Source of the DNA: a virus
Lineage: Duplodnaviria > Caudoviricetes
Strand: one strand, 5' to 3'
Length of the DNA stretch: 64,000 nucleotides
IMG/VR virus record: IMGVR_UViG_3300011335_000487
Span: 1,701-65,700 of that record
Shown here: positions 16,385 to 25,110 of the stretch, in pieces
Position numbering within the stretch: position 1 is the stretch's first letter
Layout: each line of letters starts with the position of its first letter
The notes under the pieces: model-generated
Told to the model about the DNA's origin: nothing
Databases searched by the model: none
The model's input: only the letters and a program-made list of their open reading frames with translations
Made by a program: the position numbers and the translations under genes

Positions 16385-16798
16385 ATGCTTACACAGACCA
16401 TGACCACAAGCTTTAAAGCCCAAATTCTTCAGGGCGTGCATGATCTTTCAACAGATGTTATTAAGATCGCTTTGTATACCTCAAACGCTACGCTTAACGC
16501 CGACACAACCGTGTACACGGCAACCGAAGAGGTTGTTGGCACTGGGTACACTGCCGGTGGCTTAGTGGCTACGGGGATCACAATCAACACGTCTGATGGC
16601 GTAGCGTATGTTGGGTTTAGTAACGCTGTGTGGAACCCCGCAAGTTTTACAGCATTTGGTGCGTTGATTTACAACAGCAGCGCGGCCAATAAGTCAGTGG
16701 CAGTTTTGAGTTTTGGGTCTGACAAAGCAAGTGGCACTTCATTTACAATTCAAATGCCGTCTAATAATGCAACAGACGCATTGCTTCGTATTTCATAA
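16385..16798 (+). CDS. Tail-associated protein
   Basis: TSFKAQIL...IKIALYT...GYTAGG...GALIYN motifs. Confidence 0.7.
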   Translation: MLTQTMTTSFKAQILQGVHDLSTDVIKIALYTSNATLNADTTVYTATEEVVGTGYTAGGLVATGITINTSDGVAYVGFSNAVWNPASFTAFGALIYNSSAANKSVAVLSFGSDKASGTSFTIQMPSNNATDALLRIS

Positions 16799-16807
16799 GG
16801 ATTAAAA

Positions 16808-17386
16808 ATGTTAAACGATAAAACAACTATGTTAGACCAAGTGGCGAGTACCGTAACGCTTGGTTCTCAATCTGTAGATACAGCCGCAGCTACTGGGGTT
16901 TACAAGATTCAATGCCACGACGCACAAGGCAACCTGAAGTGGGAAGCAGAATCTAAGAACCTCGTGGTCAACGTTGGCTTGCAAGACATGAACGCCAAAT
17001 ACTTCACAGGCAGTGCTTATACAGCCGCTTGGTATATCGGGCTGTACGGTGCTGGTGCATCTAACACGCCTGCCGCAAGTGACACCATGTCTTCTCATGC
17101 AGGGTGGACTGAAAACACGGGCTACAGTAACGCGACTCGCCCCGTATGCACGTTTGCAACACCAACTACGGCTAACCCCTCGGTGGCTACAAACTCAGCC
17201 TCTCCCGCCTCGTTTACCATCAACGCTACTTCTACCGTAGGCGGTGCGTTCTTGACAAGCAACAACACTGTTGGCGGGTCAACAGGAACCTTGTATTCAG
17301 CAGCAGACTTTGGCGCACCGGGAGACCGTTCAGTAGCAAACGCTGACGTTCTTACTGTGACTTATACACTTTCATTGGCGGGTTAA
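16808..17386 (+). CDS. Tail-associated protein
   Basis: NLVVNVGL...WYIGL...FTINATSTVGGAFL...LYSAADF. Confidence 0.7.
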   Translation: MLNDKTTMLDQVASTVTLGSQSVDTAAATGVYKIQCHDAQGNLKWEAESKNLVVNVGLQDMNAKYFTGSAYTAAWYIGLYGAGASNTPAASDTMSSHAGWTENTGYSNATRPVCTFATPTTANPSVATNSASPASFTINATSTVGGAFLTSNNTVGGSTGTLYSAADFGAPGDRSVANADVLTVTYTLSLAG

Positions 17387-17388
17387 TC

Positions 17389-17556
17389 ATGTTTAAAAAA
17401 GACGAAATTGTTAAGGTTAAAGCTGTTATCCCTTCGGGTCCTATCCAAGCATTGCGCTTTAATGGTGAAGGCAATGTTGAGTATTTGGTTGAATGGACAG
17501 ATGTTAACGGTAACGCGCAGCAACGGTGGTTTACTGAAGACCAGCTAGAGGCTTAA
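17389..17556 (+). CDS. Small conserved tail-module protein (55 aa)
   Basis: Manual translation MFKKDEIVKVKAVIPSGPIQALRFNGEGNVEYLVEWTDVNGNAQQRWFTEDQLEA; fills the gap exactly. Confidence 0.75.
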   Translation: MFKKDEIVKVKAVIPSGPIQALRFNGEGNVEYLVEWTDVNGNAQQRWFTEDQLEA

Positions 17557-17557
17557 T

Positions 17558-18271
17558 ATGCCTGATGGCGGCTGGAGTTCTGGTACTTGGGGGCAAGCTG
17601 GATGGGGCATGTCAGTATATGACCGCCCTGTTAGTGAGACCGCAATGGCAACAGACGCAGACATAAGTGGTGTAACTTTTGTAAGCGCAGTAAGTGAAAC
17701 ATCTAGTGCAGTAGATGCGCTTGTTTCTGGGGGTTCTTTTGGATCAACTGTAAGCGAAAGTTCTACAGCAACAGATAGCGTAATTAGTTTGGCGTCGTTT
17801 GGCGCAGTGGTTGTTGAAACGGCAACAGCAACAGATTTAATTACAAGCAGGGCTATTTTTGGCGCAGCGGTTAGTGAAACAAGTTCTGCGACAGATGCGG
17901 TGAATGCAAGTGCAAATTACGCAAGGTCAGTAAGCGAGACGAGTTCGGCGGCAGATTCTTTAAATGTTGGTTTCTTGTTTAATGCGCTAATAACAGAAGC
18001 AGCCACGGCAACAGATAACATAGACTCATTTAATGGTTTAGGAGCTTTAATTAACGAGGCGGCTAGTGTTTCAGAAATCAACACTGCAAAAGTTAATTTT
18101 GGTGCGTCTGTAGTTGAATCGGCAAATGTTATAAGTACATTAGGGCTATCAGGCGTCTTTTTAGTCTCAGTACAAGAAAATGCAACGGCTTCGGATCAAG
18201 CAGCTTCAGCGTTTTTGTGGAATTTAATTAACGACACCCAGAATGCAAATTGGATTGATGTTGTAACGTAA
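17558..18271 (+). CDS. Repetitive tail fibre-like protein
   Basis: Repeated (V/I)SETxxAxD units of about 20 aa. Confidence 0.7.
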   Translation: MPDGGWSSGTWGQAGWGMSVYDRPVSETAMATDADISGVTFVSAVSETSSAVDALVSGGSFGSTVSESSTATDSVISLASFGAVVVETATATDLITSRAIFGAAVSETSSATDAVNASANYARSVSETSSAADSLNVGFLFNALITEAATATDNIDSFNGLGALINEAASVSEINTAKVNFGASVVESANVISTLGLSGVFLVSVQENATASDQAASAFLWNLINDTQNANWIDVVT

Positions 18272-18279
18272 GGATTATT

Positions 18280-19587
18280 ATGCCAACCACCTATACCCCG
18301 ATACTTCAATTAGCTTTACCCGCAACAGGTGAACTCAACGGCACTTGGGGTACAACAGTCAACGACAACATTACGTCGATGGTTGAACAAGCTATTGCGG
18401 GTCTAGCCACGATTAGCACTTGGACTGCCGCTAGTCATACCCTCACCACAGCTAACGGAACCACAGACGAAGCACGTTGTGCCATCCTTGAGTGTTCAGG
18501 CGCACCGGGCGCAGCAGCTACGGTTATCTGCCCTACAGCATCTAAAGTCTACATTATTAAGAACTCGGTGACGGGCGGCTACGCAGTTACTTTGAAGACA
18601 TCTGCTGGTACAGGCATTTCGGTTCCTAATGGTTCGACAGCGTTGTTGTACTGCGATGGTACAAACGTGGTGAGCGGTGCGACCTACATGGCAACGATTG
18701 TTGCAACGTCTATTACAGACACGGGTTTAACTTCAGGTCGAGTAACGTATGCGGGAACAGGTGGGCTTTTACAAGACGCAGCAGCGTTTACGTTTGATGG
18801 CACAATTCTTTCAGCTACGAGGTTTGCAGGTGCTTTAAACGGCACTGTAGGCGCAACCACAGCTAGTACGGGTGCGTTTACAACAGTCTCTGTTACGGGT
18901 GCAATTACTTCGACTCTGGTAACAGGCACAGCGCCTTTGGTTGTGGCATCGACCACGAACGTAGCTAACTTAAATGCCTCAAGTTTAAGTGGCGCAACCT
19001 TTGCCGCCCCCGGCTCAATTGGTTCAACAACGGCAGGCTCAGGCGCTTTCACAACGCTTTCGGCAACTGGAGTTACTACTCTTGCCGCTGGAACGCTAGG
19101 CGCTCCTGCCCTGACGACTTCTGGCGATACGAACACGGGCATGTTTTTCCCCGCCGCTGACACGATTGCGCTTGTTGAGGGCGGTGTGGAAGTTATCCGC
19201 ATTAACTCTAGTGCTAACGTCGGTATCGGCACATCTAGCCCCGGCGCTAAACTCGCCGTAGTAGGCACTGGCTACTCGCCAGCTATCACTCTGACTGACG
19301 GTGCTACGCTTAACTGGGATACATCTCTGGGTCAAGTCGCGCAAGTCACGTTGGGTGGCAACAGGACATTTGCTGCGCCGACTAACTTAGTCAACGGCGG
19401 GTTCTACTCTTTGCTGATTATCCAAGACGGTACAGGCTCACGCACAATTAGCTGGAACGCTGTGTTTGACTTCACGGGCGGCGCAGCACCAACATTGTCC
19501 ACAGCGGCGGGTTCCAAGGACTTAATAGCATGGCGCTCAGACGGCACAAACCTGCTTGAAGTGGGTCGCAGCTTAGGGGTCGCGTAA
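18280..19587 (+). CDS. Tail fibre protein
   Basis: MPTTYTPILQLALPATGELNGTWG start, G/T/A-rich repeats, GIGTSSP and LSTAAGSKD motifs. Confidence 0.8.
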   Translation: MPTTYTPILQLALPATGELNGTWGTTVNDNITSMVEQAIAGLATISTWTAASHTLTTANGTTDEARCAILECSGAPGAAATVICPTASKVYIIKNSVTGGYAVTLKTSAGTGISVPNGSTALLYCDGTNVVSGATYMATIVATSITDTGLTSGRVTYAGTGGLLQDAAAFTFDGTILSATRFAGALNGTVGATTASTGAFTTVSVTGAITSTLVTGTAPLVVASTTNVANLNASSLSGATFAAPGSIGSTTAGSGAFTTLSATGVTTLAAGTLGAPALTTSGDTNTGMFFPAADTIALVEGGVEVIRINSSANVGIGTSSPGAKLAVVGTGYSPAITLTDGATLNWDTSLGQVAQVTLGGNRTFAAPTNLVNGGFYSLLIIQDGTGSRTISWNAVFDFTGGAAPTLSTAAGSKDLIAWRSDGTNLLEVGRSLGVA

Positions 19588-21992
19588 TGTTTGTCTTTGG
19601 CGGTAACTCTGCATCCACAGGCTACAACCTCACACGCTCGCTGCGGACGAGGGCTAGTGCGAGTGCGTATTTGAATCGGACGCCATCAACCACAGGCACG
19701 GGCGGCTCTAAAACTTGGACATATTCGCTTTGGGTTAAGCGGGGCATATTGGGTTCAAGGCAAGTCATTCTTGATGGGTACGCAGCATCTGCTGGGCATG
19801 AACTTGAGTTTGGTTCAAATGACGTTATAGAATTTGCCGCATGGGGCGGTGCAGCCGCACTTGATTTAATTACAACTCAAGTGTTTCGTGACCCATCTGC
19901 TTGGTATCACATTGTTTTAGCTGTTGATACAACTCAAGCAACCGCTGCCAATCGAATTAAGTTATATGTCAACGGCGCACAAGTTACGTCATTTAGCACA
20001 GCAACATACCCTGCACAAAATGCGTTGACGTATATCGGCAGTAATGTTCTGCAAGAAATTGGAAGGCGTGGGGATGCTCAATTTTATTTTGATGGTTATA
20101 CAACTGAAGTAAACTTCATTGACGGTCAAGCCTTAACCCCATCATCTTTCGGCTCAACCAACGCTCTCACAGGCGTATGGCAACCCGCACGGTACACAGG
20201 CACTTACGGCACAAACGGTTTCTATTTGCCGTTCACAGACAACTCTGCGCTGACCACAAGCAGCAACGTAGGCTTGGGTAAAGACTTCTCAGGCAACGGC
20301 AATTACTGGACTACGAACAATATCAGCATCACGGCTGGTGTGACGTATGACTCCATGACGGATGTGCCTACGTTGACGAGTACTACGGCGGCTAATTTTG
20401 CAACTTGGAATCCATTAGATTTTGCAGGGTCACCTACTTTTAGTAACGGTAATTTGTATGTTTCTGGCGCATCAAAAACGCGCTCAACAATTGCGTTGCC
20501 ATCCGGTGTTAAAACGTATGTTGAGGCGTACCAAACAGGGACAGCAGCATCAGTAGATGTGTTTGTTGGTCTGCTTTCTTCTGCTGCTGCGTTCCCTAGT
20601 GTTCATGCAAATCCTGGGGTTAATTGGTACGCAACTGACACAATATATGGTCAGTTGAATGGTTCAACGTCTTTTTCTTTTGCGGGAACACTTGCAGCGG
20701 GAGCAATTCTTCAAATAGCTTATGACGGGTCAACGGGAAAAGTTTGGCTTGGCATTAACAATACTTGGTACACCTCTGCGGGTGCAACATCAGGCAATCC
20801 TAGTGCGGGTACTGGTGAGTTTGCAACTTTAAGCACAAGCACATCATGGTCTGTGTATTGCGGCACTACAACCGGCTTTCAAACTATTACTGCTAAGTTT
20901 GGGCAAAATGGTCAATCATACACACCCCCCACAGGCTTTGTAGCCTTGAGCACATACAACTTGCCGACAAGCACCATCTTGCAGGGTAACAAGGTGATGG
21001 ATGCTACGTTGTATACGGGTACGGGGTCTAACCAAAACATCGTCAATGCAGCGGGTTTCAAACCTGACTTTGTATGGGGCAAACTTCGCAATGGCGCAGA
21101 CCAAAATTTCTTAGCCAATTCGGTTGCTGGTGCGACTAATTACCTTGTATCAAACTCAACACAGCAAGAAACTGCTGATGCCACAACTGTTGTGTCATTA
21201 AACTCAAACGGGTTTACAGTCGGAACAAGCACTAACTTAAACCGCAGCGGTGGATACAACTTTGTCGGCTGGCAATGGCAAGCAGGACAAGGCTCAACAT
21301 CAAGCAACACAAACGGCACAATCACATCGACTGTAAGCGTTAATGCTAGTGCTGGATTTAGTGTGGTGACATGGACAGGCACAGGGGCTAATGCGACTGT
21401 TGGGCATGGGTTGGGTGTTGCACCGCAATTGATTATTAACAAGCCCCGCAATGCGGCTGATAATTGGGTTAGTTGGCATACATCATTAGGTTCAACTGGA
21501 TATATCTATTTGAACCTGACAAACGCATCAACTACTCTTGCGGCTATGTGGAATAGCACCTTGCCAACTTCATCTGTATTTAGCGTTGGTACAAACTCAA
21601 ACATTAATACTAGCGCACAAACAATGGTGTCTTACTGCTGGACACCCATAGCCGGATACAGCGCATTTGGCTCATATTCAGGGAACAATTCAACAGATGG
21701 TCCTATGGTTTACACAGGATTCCAGCCAAAGTTTGTTCTTATTAAGGGAACAGGAAACGCATCAGGTTGGCAATTGCAAGACTCTGCAAGAAATACATAC
21801 AACGTGGTTAATGCTGTGTTGCGCCCCGATTTGTCGGCGGCTGAATCAACCGGATACGGTGGCGTGTTGGACTTTTTATCTAACGGCTTTAAGTTAAGAA
21901 CTACAGATACTAATTACAATAGCTCATCGTATGGACCATATATTTATATGGCATTTGCGACCAATCCTTTTAAGCAAAGTTTGGGGTTCTAG
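19587..21992 (+). CDS. Tail fibre / receptor-binding protein with ConA-like lectin and SPRY-like domains
   Basis: VFRDPSAWYHIVLAVDTTQ, FGTNGFYL-type motif, PDFVWGK repeats, FLSNGFKLR. Confidence 0.85.
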   Translation: MFVFGGNSASTGYNLTRSLRTRASASAYLNRTPSTTGTGGSKTWTYSLWVKRGILGSRQVILDGYAASAGHELEFGSNDVIEFAAWGGAAALDLITTQVFRDPSAWYHIVLAVDTTQATAANRIKLYVNGAQVTSFSTATYPAQNALTYIGSNVLQEIGRRGDAQFYFDGYTTEVNFIDGQALTPSSFGSTNALTGVWQPARYTGTYGTNGFYLPFTDNSALTTSSNVGLGKDFSGNGNYWTTNNISITAGVTYDSMTDVPTLTSTTAANFATWNPLDFAGSPTFSNGNLYVSGASKTRSTIALPSGVKTYVEAYQTGTAASVDVFVGLLSSAAAFPSVHANPGVNWYATDTIYGQLNGSTSFSFAGTLAAGAILQIAYDGSTGKVWLGINNTWYTSAGATSGNPSAGTGEFATLSTSTSWSVYCGTTTGFQTITAKFGQNGQSYTPPTGFVALSTYNLPTSTILQGNKVMDATLYTGTGSNQNIVNAAGFKPDFVWGKLRNGADQNFLANSVAGATNYLVSNSTQQETADATTVVSLNSNGFTVGTSTNLNRSGGYNFVGWQWQAGQGSTSSNTNGTITSTVSVNASAGFSVVTWTGTGANATVGHGLGVAPQLIINKPRNAADNWVSWHTSLGSTGYIYLNLTNASTTLAAMWNSTLPTSSVFSVGTNSNINTSAQTMVSYCWTPIAGYSAFGSYSGNNSTDGPMVYTGFQPKFVLIKGTGNASGWQLQDSARNTYNVVNAVLRPDLSAAESTGYGGVLDFLSNGFKLRTTDTNYNSSSYGPYIYMAFATNPFKQSLGF

Positions 21993-21993
21993 C

Positions 21994-22599
21994 ATGGCGC
22001 ACAAAAAAGAAATCATTGGCAACATCTACGGACGGCTCATGCCGATACTTGAGTGCGGCAAAAACAGCAGCGGTCAGTATCGCTACCTGTCTGTGTGCGA
22101 GTGCGGCGAAAGCAAGGTGGTTACTGGCTCGTCAATGGTTCAAGGAAAAGTGCTGTCATGCGGATGCTTGCGGCGTGACACGATGGTTGCTAAAAATACC
22201 AAGCACAACGGTTGCGGCACAGCAACATACGAAACTTGGCAAGGCATGAAGTCACGATGCACCAATCAAAACCAATCGGCGTATCTTAATTATGGCGCAA
22301 GAGGAATTACGTTTGACCCTGCTTGGGCTGACTTTGCTGTGTTTGCCGCTGATATGGGTGAGCGCCCTGATGGTTGTACTTTGGAACGCATAGACAACGA
22401 CAAAGGCTACTCAAAAGATAATTGCAAGTGGGCTACGGCAGCAGAGCAATCACGCAACACCCGTCAAAACGTCAATCTCACACTCAATGGCAAAACGCAA
22501 TGTATGACTGATTGGGCTAAAGAATTGTCTATCCCGTATCCAACAATCCAAGACCGTGTTCGCAAAGGCTGGTCTGCTGAAAAAACTTTGACGAGGTAA
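21994..22599 (+). CDS. HNH-type homing endonuclease
   Basis: CECG...SCGC, WQGMKSRC, YGARGI, TLERIDNDKGYSKDNCKWAT. Confidence 0.85.
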   Translation: MAHKKEIIGNIYGRLMPILECGKNSSGQYRYLSVCECGESKVVTGSSMVQGKVLSCGCLRRDTMVAKNTKHNGCGTATYETWQGMKSRCTNQNQSAYLNYGARGITFDPAWADFAVFAADMGERPDGCTLERIDNDKGYSKDNCKWATAAEQSRNTRQNVNLTLNGKTQCMTDWAKELSIPYPTIQDRVRKGWSAEKTLTR

Positions 22600-22602
22600 T
22601 CC

Positions 22603-23109
22603 ATGTTCGCCATTATCCAAAATAATCTTATCGCCCTCCTAGTACCCGCTGGCACAGCCTTTGAGTGGGACGGTGTCCAATACCCTGCCAACTGGTGCAA
22701 CCTGTCTAGCCCCGAAGAAAAGGCGGCTATCGGCATGGTTGATGTGGTGTATGGCGCACAACCCTCAGATGTCTACTACTGGATCAGCCAAGACGCTCCT
22801 GTCTACAACGGCACGGTGGTTGAGATTAACTACACCGCTACGCCTAAAGACCTAGCCCAATGCCAAACGCAAGCCGTGGATGCAACAAACGCTGCTGCCT
22901 ACTCAATCTTGCTGCCTACCGATTGGATGGTGGTCAAAGCTGTCGAGACAGGCGGCACAGTAGCACCCGCATGGAACACATGGCGGCAAACCATTCGCAC
23001 ACAGGCTTCTGACTACGTTGCGGTGATTAGTGCTTGTACAACCGTGGCTCAGTTAGCTGCGCTGCCTTCTGTGCAATGGGCAAATGATCCTAACTACACA
23101 GGCGTTTAA
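22603..23109 (+). CDS. Tail fibre assembly-type protein (putative)
   Basis: YPANW...PTDWMVVKAVE...WRQTIRT; follows fibre genes. Confidence 0.65.
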   Translation: MFAIIQNNLIALLVPAGTAFEWDGVQYPANWCNLSSPEEKAAIGMVDVVYGAQPSDVYYWISQDAPVYNGTVVEINYTATPKDLAQCQTQAVDATNAAAYSILLPTDWMVVKAVETGGTVAPAWNTWRQTIRTQASDYVAVISACTTVAQLAALPSVQWANDPNYTGV

Positions 23110-23111
23110 TC

Positions 23112-23366
23112 ATGGACTGGCAAAATCTCATAAACATTGGCGGTGGAACGGCTTTAGCTGTAGCGGGTTGGTTGTTTCGCCAACTGTGGGACGCTGTACA
23201 AAAACTCAAGATTGACACCGCTGACTTACGCCTGCATGTGAGCGAAACTTACGTCAAAAAGAGTGAGATGGAAACGCTTGAAGCCCAGATGGATAAACGC
23301 TTTGACCGTGTTGAGCAGATGATTGTGAAGCTGTATGACAAAATCGACCAGAAGGTGGACAAATGA
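23112..23366 (+). CDS. Holin-like / lysis membrane protein (one TM plus coiled coil)
   Basis: N-terminal hydrophobic helix, first gene of lysis cassette. Confidence 0.6.
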   Translation: MDWQNLINIGGGTALAVAGWLFRQLWDAVQKLKIDTADLRLHVSETYVKKSEMETLEAQMDKRFDRVEQMIVKLYDKIDQKVDK

Positions 23367-23434
23367 TTGCATACCTAATAGAAGAGTGGGAAGCGTTCAA
23401 GGCGTGGTTTTGGCGCATGATGGCTAAGTTCTGA
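23363..23434 (+). CDS. 23-aa micro-ORF in lysis cassette
   Basis: MIAYLIEEWEAFKAWFWRMMAKF; overlaps both neighbours (ATGA and TGATG). Confidence 0.55.
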   Translation: MIAYLIEEWEAFKAWFWRMMAKF

Positions 23435-23631
23435 TGGACAGGTGGAAAAATCGTCGGCGTATGGCGTGGCTGTCTATGCTCGCTGGGCTGGTCTTTCCGC
23501 TGCTTATTCTGGCTACTGAGTCACCTACTCTTGGCACAATAGCGATGCCGTTTTATGTGTTTGTCTCGGCGGTCGTTGGCTCGTACATAGGCTTTGCCAC
23601 CATTGATGACAACAACTTCAAGGGTAAGTGA
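23434..23631 (+). CDS. Putative holin (two TM)
   Basis: Basic N-terminus RWKNRRR plus two hydrophobic helices. Confidence 0.7.
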   Translation: MDRWKNRRRMAWLSMLAGLVFPLLILATESPTLGTIAMPFYVFVSAVVGSYIGFATIDDNNFKGK

Positions 23632-24038
23632 TGTTTCCGATACCCTCTGCGCTCTTAATCAAGGCTGGCATTGTGCTTGCGGGCTGTGCGGTTTTTTACT
23701 TTTTGGGTTGGAATCAGGAACATAAAAGATTTGTTGCTTTTAAAGCAGAAGTCGCCGCTGTCGGCAAGGCGCAAGAAGTCATCAACGAAGCCAAGGTAAA
23801 AGAGCATGAAGTTATATCAAATTCAATCGCAAATCAGTATGAAGCTCGCCTTAGTGCTGTGCATAGTTATTATTCTGAGCGGGTGCAGCCAAATCCCAGT
23901 AGCGGTAGTGTGTCCACCGTTCCCAAACCCACCGTCTGCGCTAATGCAACCCCCACCGACACAGAATTTACTCGACAATGCGCTGAAACGACTCTAATGC
24001 TTACTGAATTACAAAACTGGATAAAGAACATTAAATGA
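23628..24038 (+). CDS. i-spanin (Rz-like)
   Basis: N-terminal TM then coiled coil; contains an embedded lipoprotein gene. Confidence 0.8.
   Translation: MMFPIPSALLIKAGIVLAGCAVFYFLGWNQEHKRFVAFKAEVAAVGKAQEVINEAKVKEHEVISNSIANQYEARLSAVHSYYSERVQPNPSSGSVSTVPKPTVCANATPTDTEFTRQCAETTLMLTELQNWIKNIK
23836..23997 (+). CDS. o-spanin (Rz1-like lipoprotein), fully embedded in the +1 frame
   Basis: MKLALVLCIVIILSG-C lipobox, Pro-rich CPPFPNPPSALMQPPP. Confidence 0.85.
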   Translation, partial: SMKLALVLCIVIILSGCSQIPVAVVCPPFPNPPSALMQPPPTQNLLDNALKRL

Positions 24039-24574
24039 AAGAGAATTGGGACAACGCTTTTAACTTAATGCTCAAGTCGGAAGGCGGCTTTAGCGATGAC
24101 CAACGTGATTCTGGCAATCACCTGCCTGATGGTCGCACAGGTTCAACCATGCTCGGCGTGACTCAGTACAACTGGGAAAACTGGGTTGGGCATGAAGTCA
24201 ACCACGACCAGATGCGTAAGCTGACTCCTGAAGATGTGAAGCCGTTATATAAACAAAAATATTGGGATGCTGTGCGTGGGGATGAAATTGAAAATGGTGG
24301 TGTTGCATACCTTTTGTTTGATTTCGCCGTAAACGCAGGAGTGGGTCGTTCGATAAAGACCCTGCAAACCGCAGTAGGAGTCACGCCCGATGGTGGTTTT
24401 GGTCCGATGACGATGGCTGCTGTCTTAGCTGCTGACCCTGTTAAGCTAATTGAAAAGTTTAGTCAAGAAAAAGAGGCGTTTTACCGCAGCCTAAATGATT
24501 TCACAACATACGGCACAGGCTGGCTTAATCGTGTTGTCGCAGTTAAACAGAAAGCATCTTCAATGGTGGCGTAA
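24035..24574 (+). CDS. Endolysin, glycoside hydrolase family 108 with PG-binding domain
   Basis: SEGGFSDD, TMLGVT, YWD, FDFAVNAG, GWLNRV motifs. Confidence 0.9.
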   Translation: MKENWDNAFNLMLKSEGGFSDDQRDSGNHLPDGRTGSTMLGVTQYNWENWVGHEVNHDQMRKLTPEDVKPLYKQKYWDAVRGDEIENGGVAYLLFDFAVNAGVGRSIKTLQTAVGVTPDGGFGPMTMAAVLAADPVKLIEKFSQEKEAFYRSLNDFTTYGTGWLNRVVAVKQKASSMVA

Positions 24575-25101
24575 TGAAAACACTACTTGTACTCCTCTTG
24601 CTGGCGTTCAATGCCCAAGCTCAAAACCTAGCCATCTGTCAGGGTGAATACGCCCTGTGTGCAGCGTCTCCTGCAACGCCTACTGGCAACTCAATCGTGG
24701 TGGGCAACAAGGTCTTTAAAGAAGGCATGGCTGTCTGCCCTGTCTTAGATGGGTCAAGCATTGCAAACTTAGACTTGATGGGTGGTAGCTGCAACGCCGC
24801 CAAGGGTAAAGTCTGGAGCCTGTTTGGTTTCCCCCCTGTTTCATCGTATCCACAAGCCCCGACATGGGAAGTACAACCCGCCGTGGCTCGCACCTTTGTC
24901 ACCACTGCAACGTCTGGCATGAGCAACATGTGGTCGTTTGAATGCGTGAAGACCAAGAAGGTTAACGGGGTGCAGCTTGCTGACTGTTTCGGACCACTAA
25001 ATGAGTCGCCCTTTGATGGTGGACATGTTAAAGTTGGCTCGACTGTTATTACTCAAGCGCCTGTGGGTGCAACCTTCCCAGTCGGTGGTAATTTACCGTA
25101 A
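24574..25101 (+). CDS. Secreted Cys-containing protein of unknown function
   Basis: Signal peptide MKTLLVLLLLAFNAQA, six Cys. Confidence 0.75.
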   Translation: MKTLLVLLLLAFNAQAQNLAICQGEYALCAASPATPTGNSIVVGNKVFKEGMAVCPVLDGSSIANLDLMGGSCNAAKGKVWSLFGFPPVSSYPQAPTWEVQPAVARTFVTTATSGMSNMWSFECVKTKKVNGVQLADCFGPLNESPFDGGHVKVGSTVITQAPVGATFPVGGNLP

Positions 25102-25110
25102 GGTTTAGTT

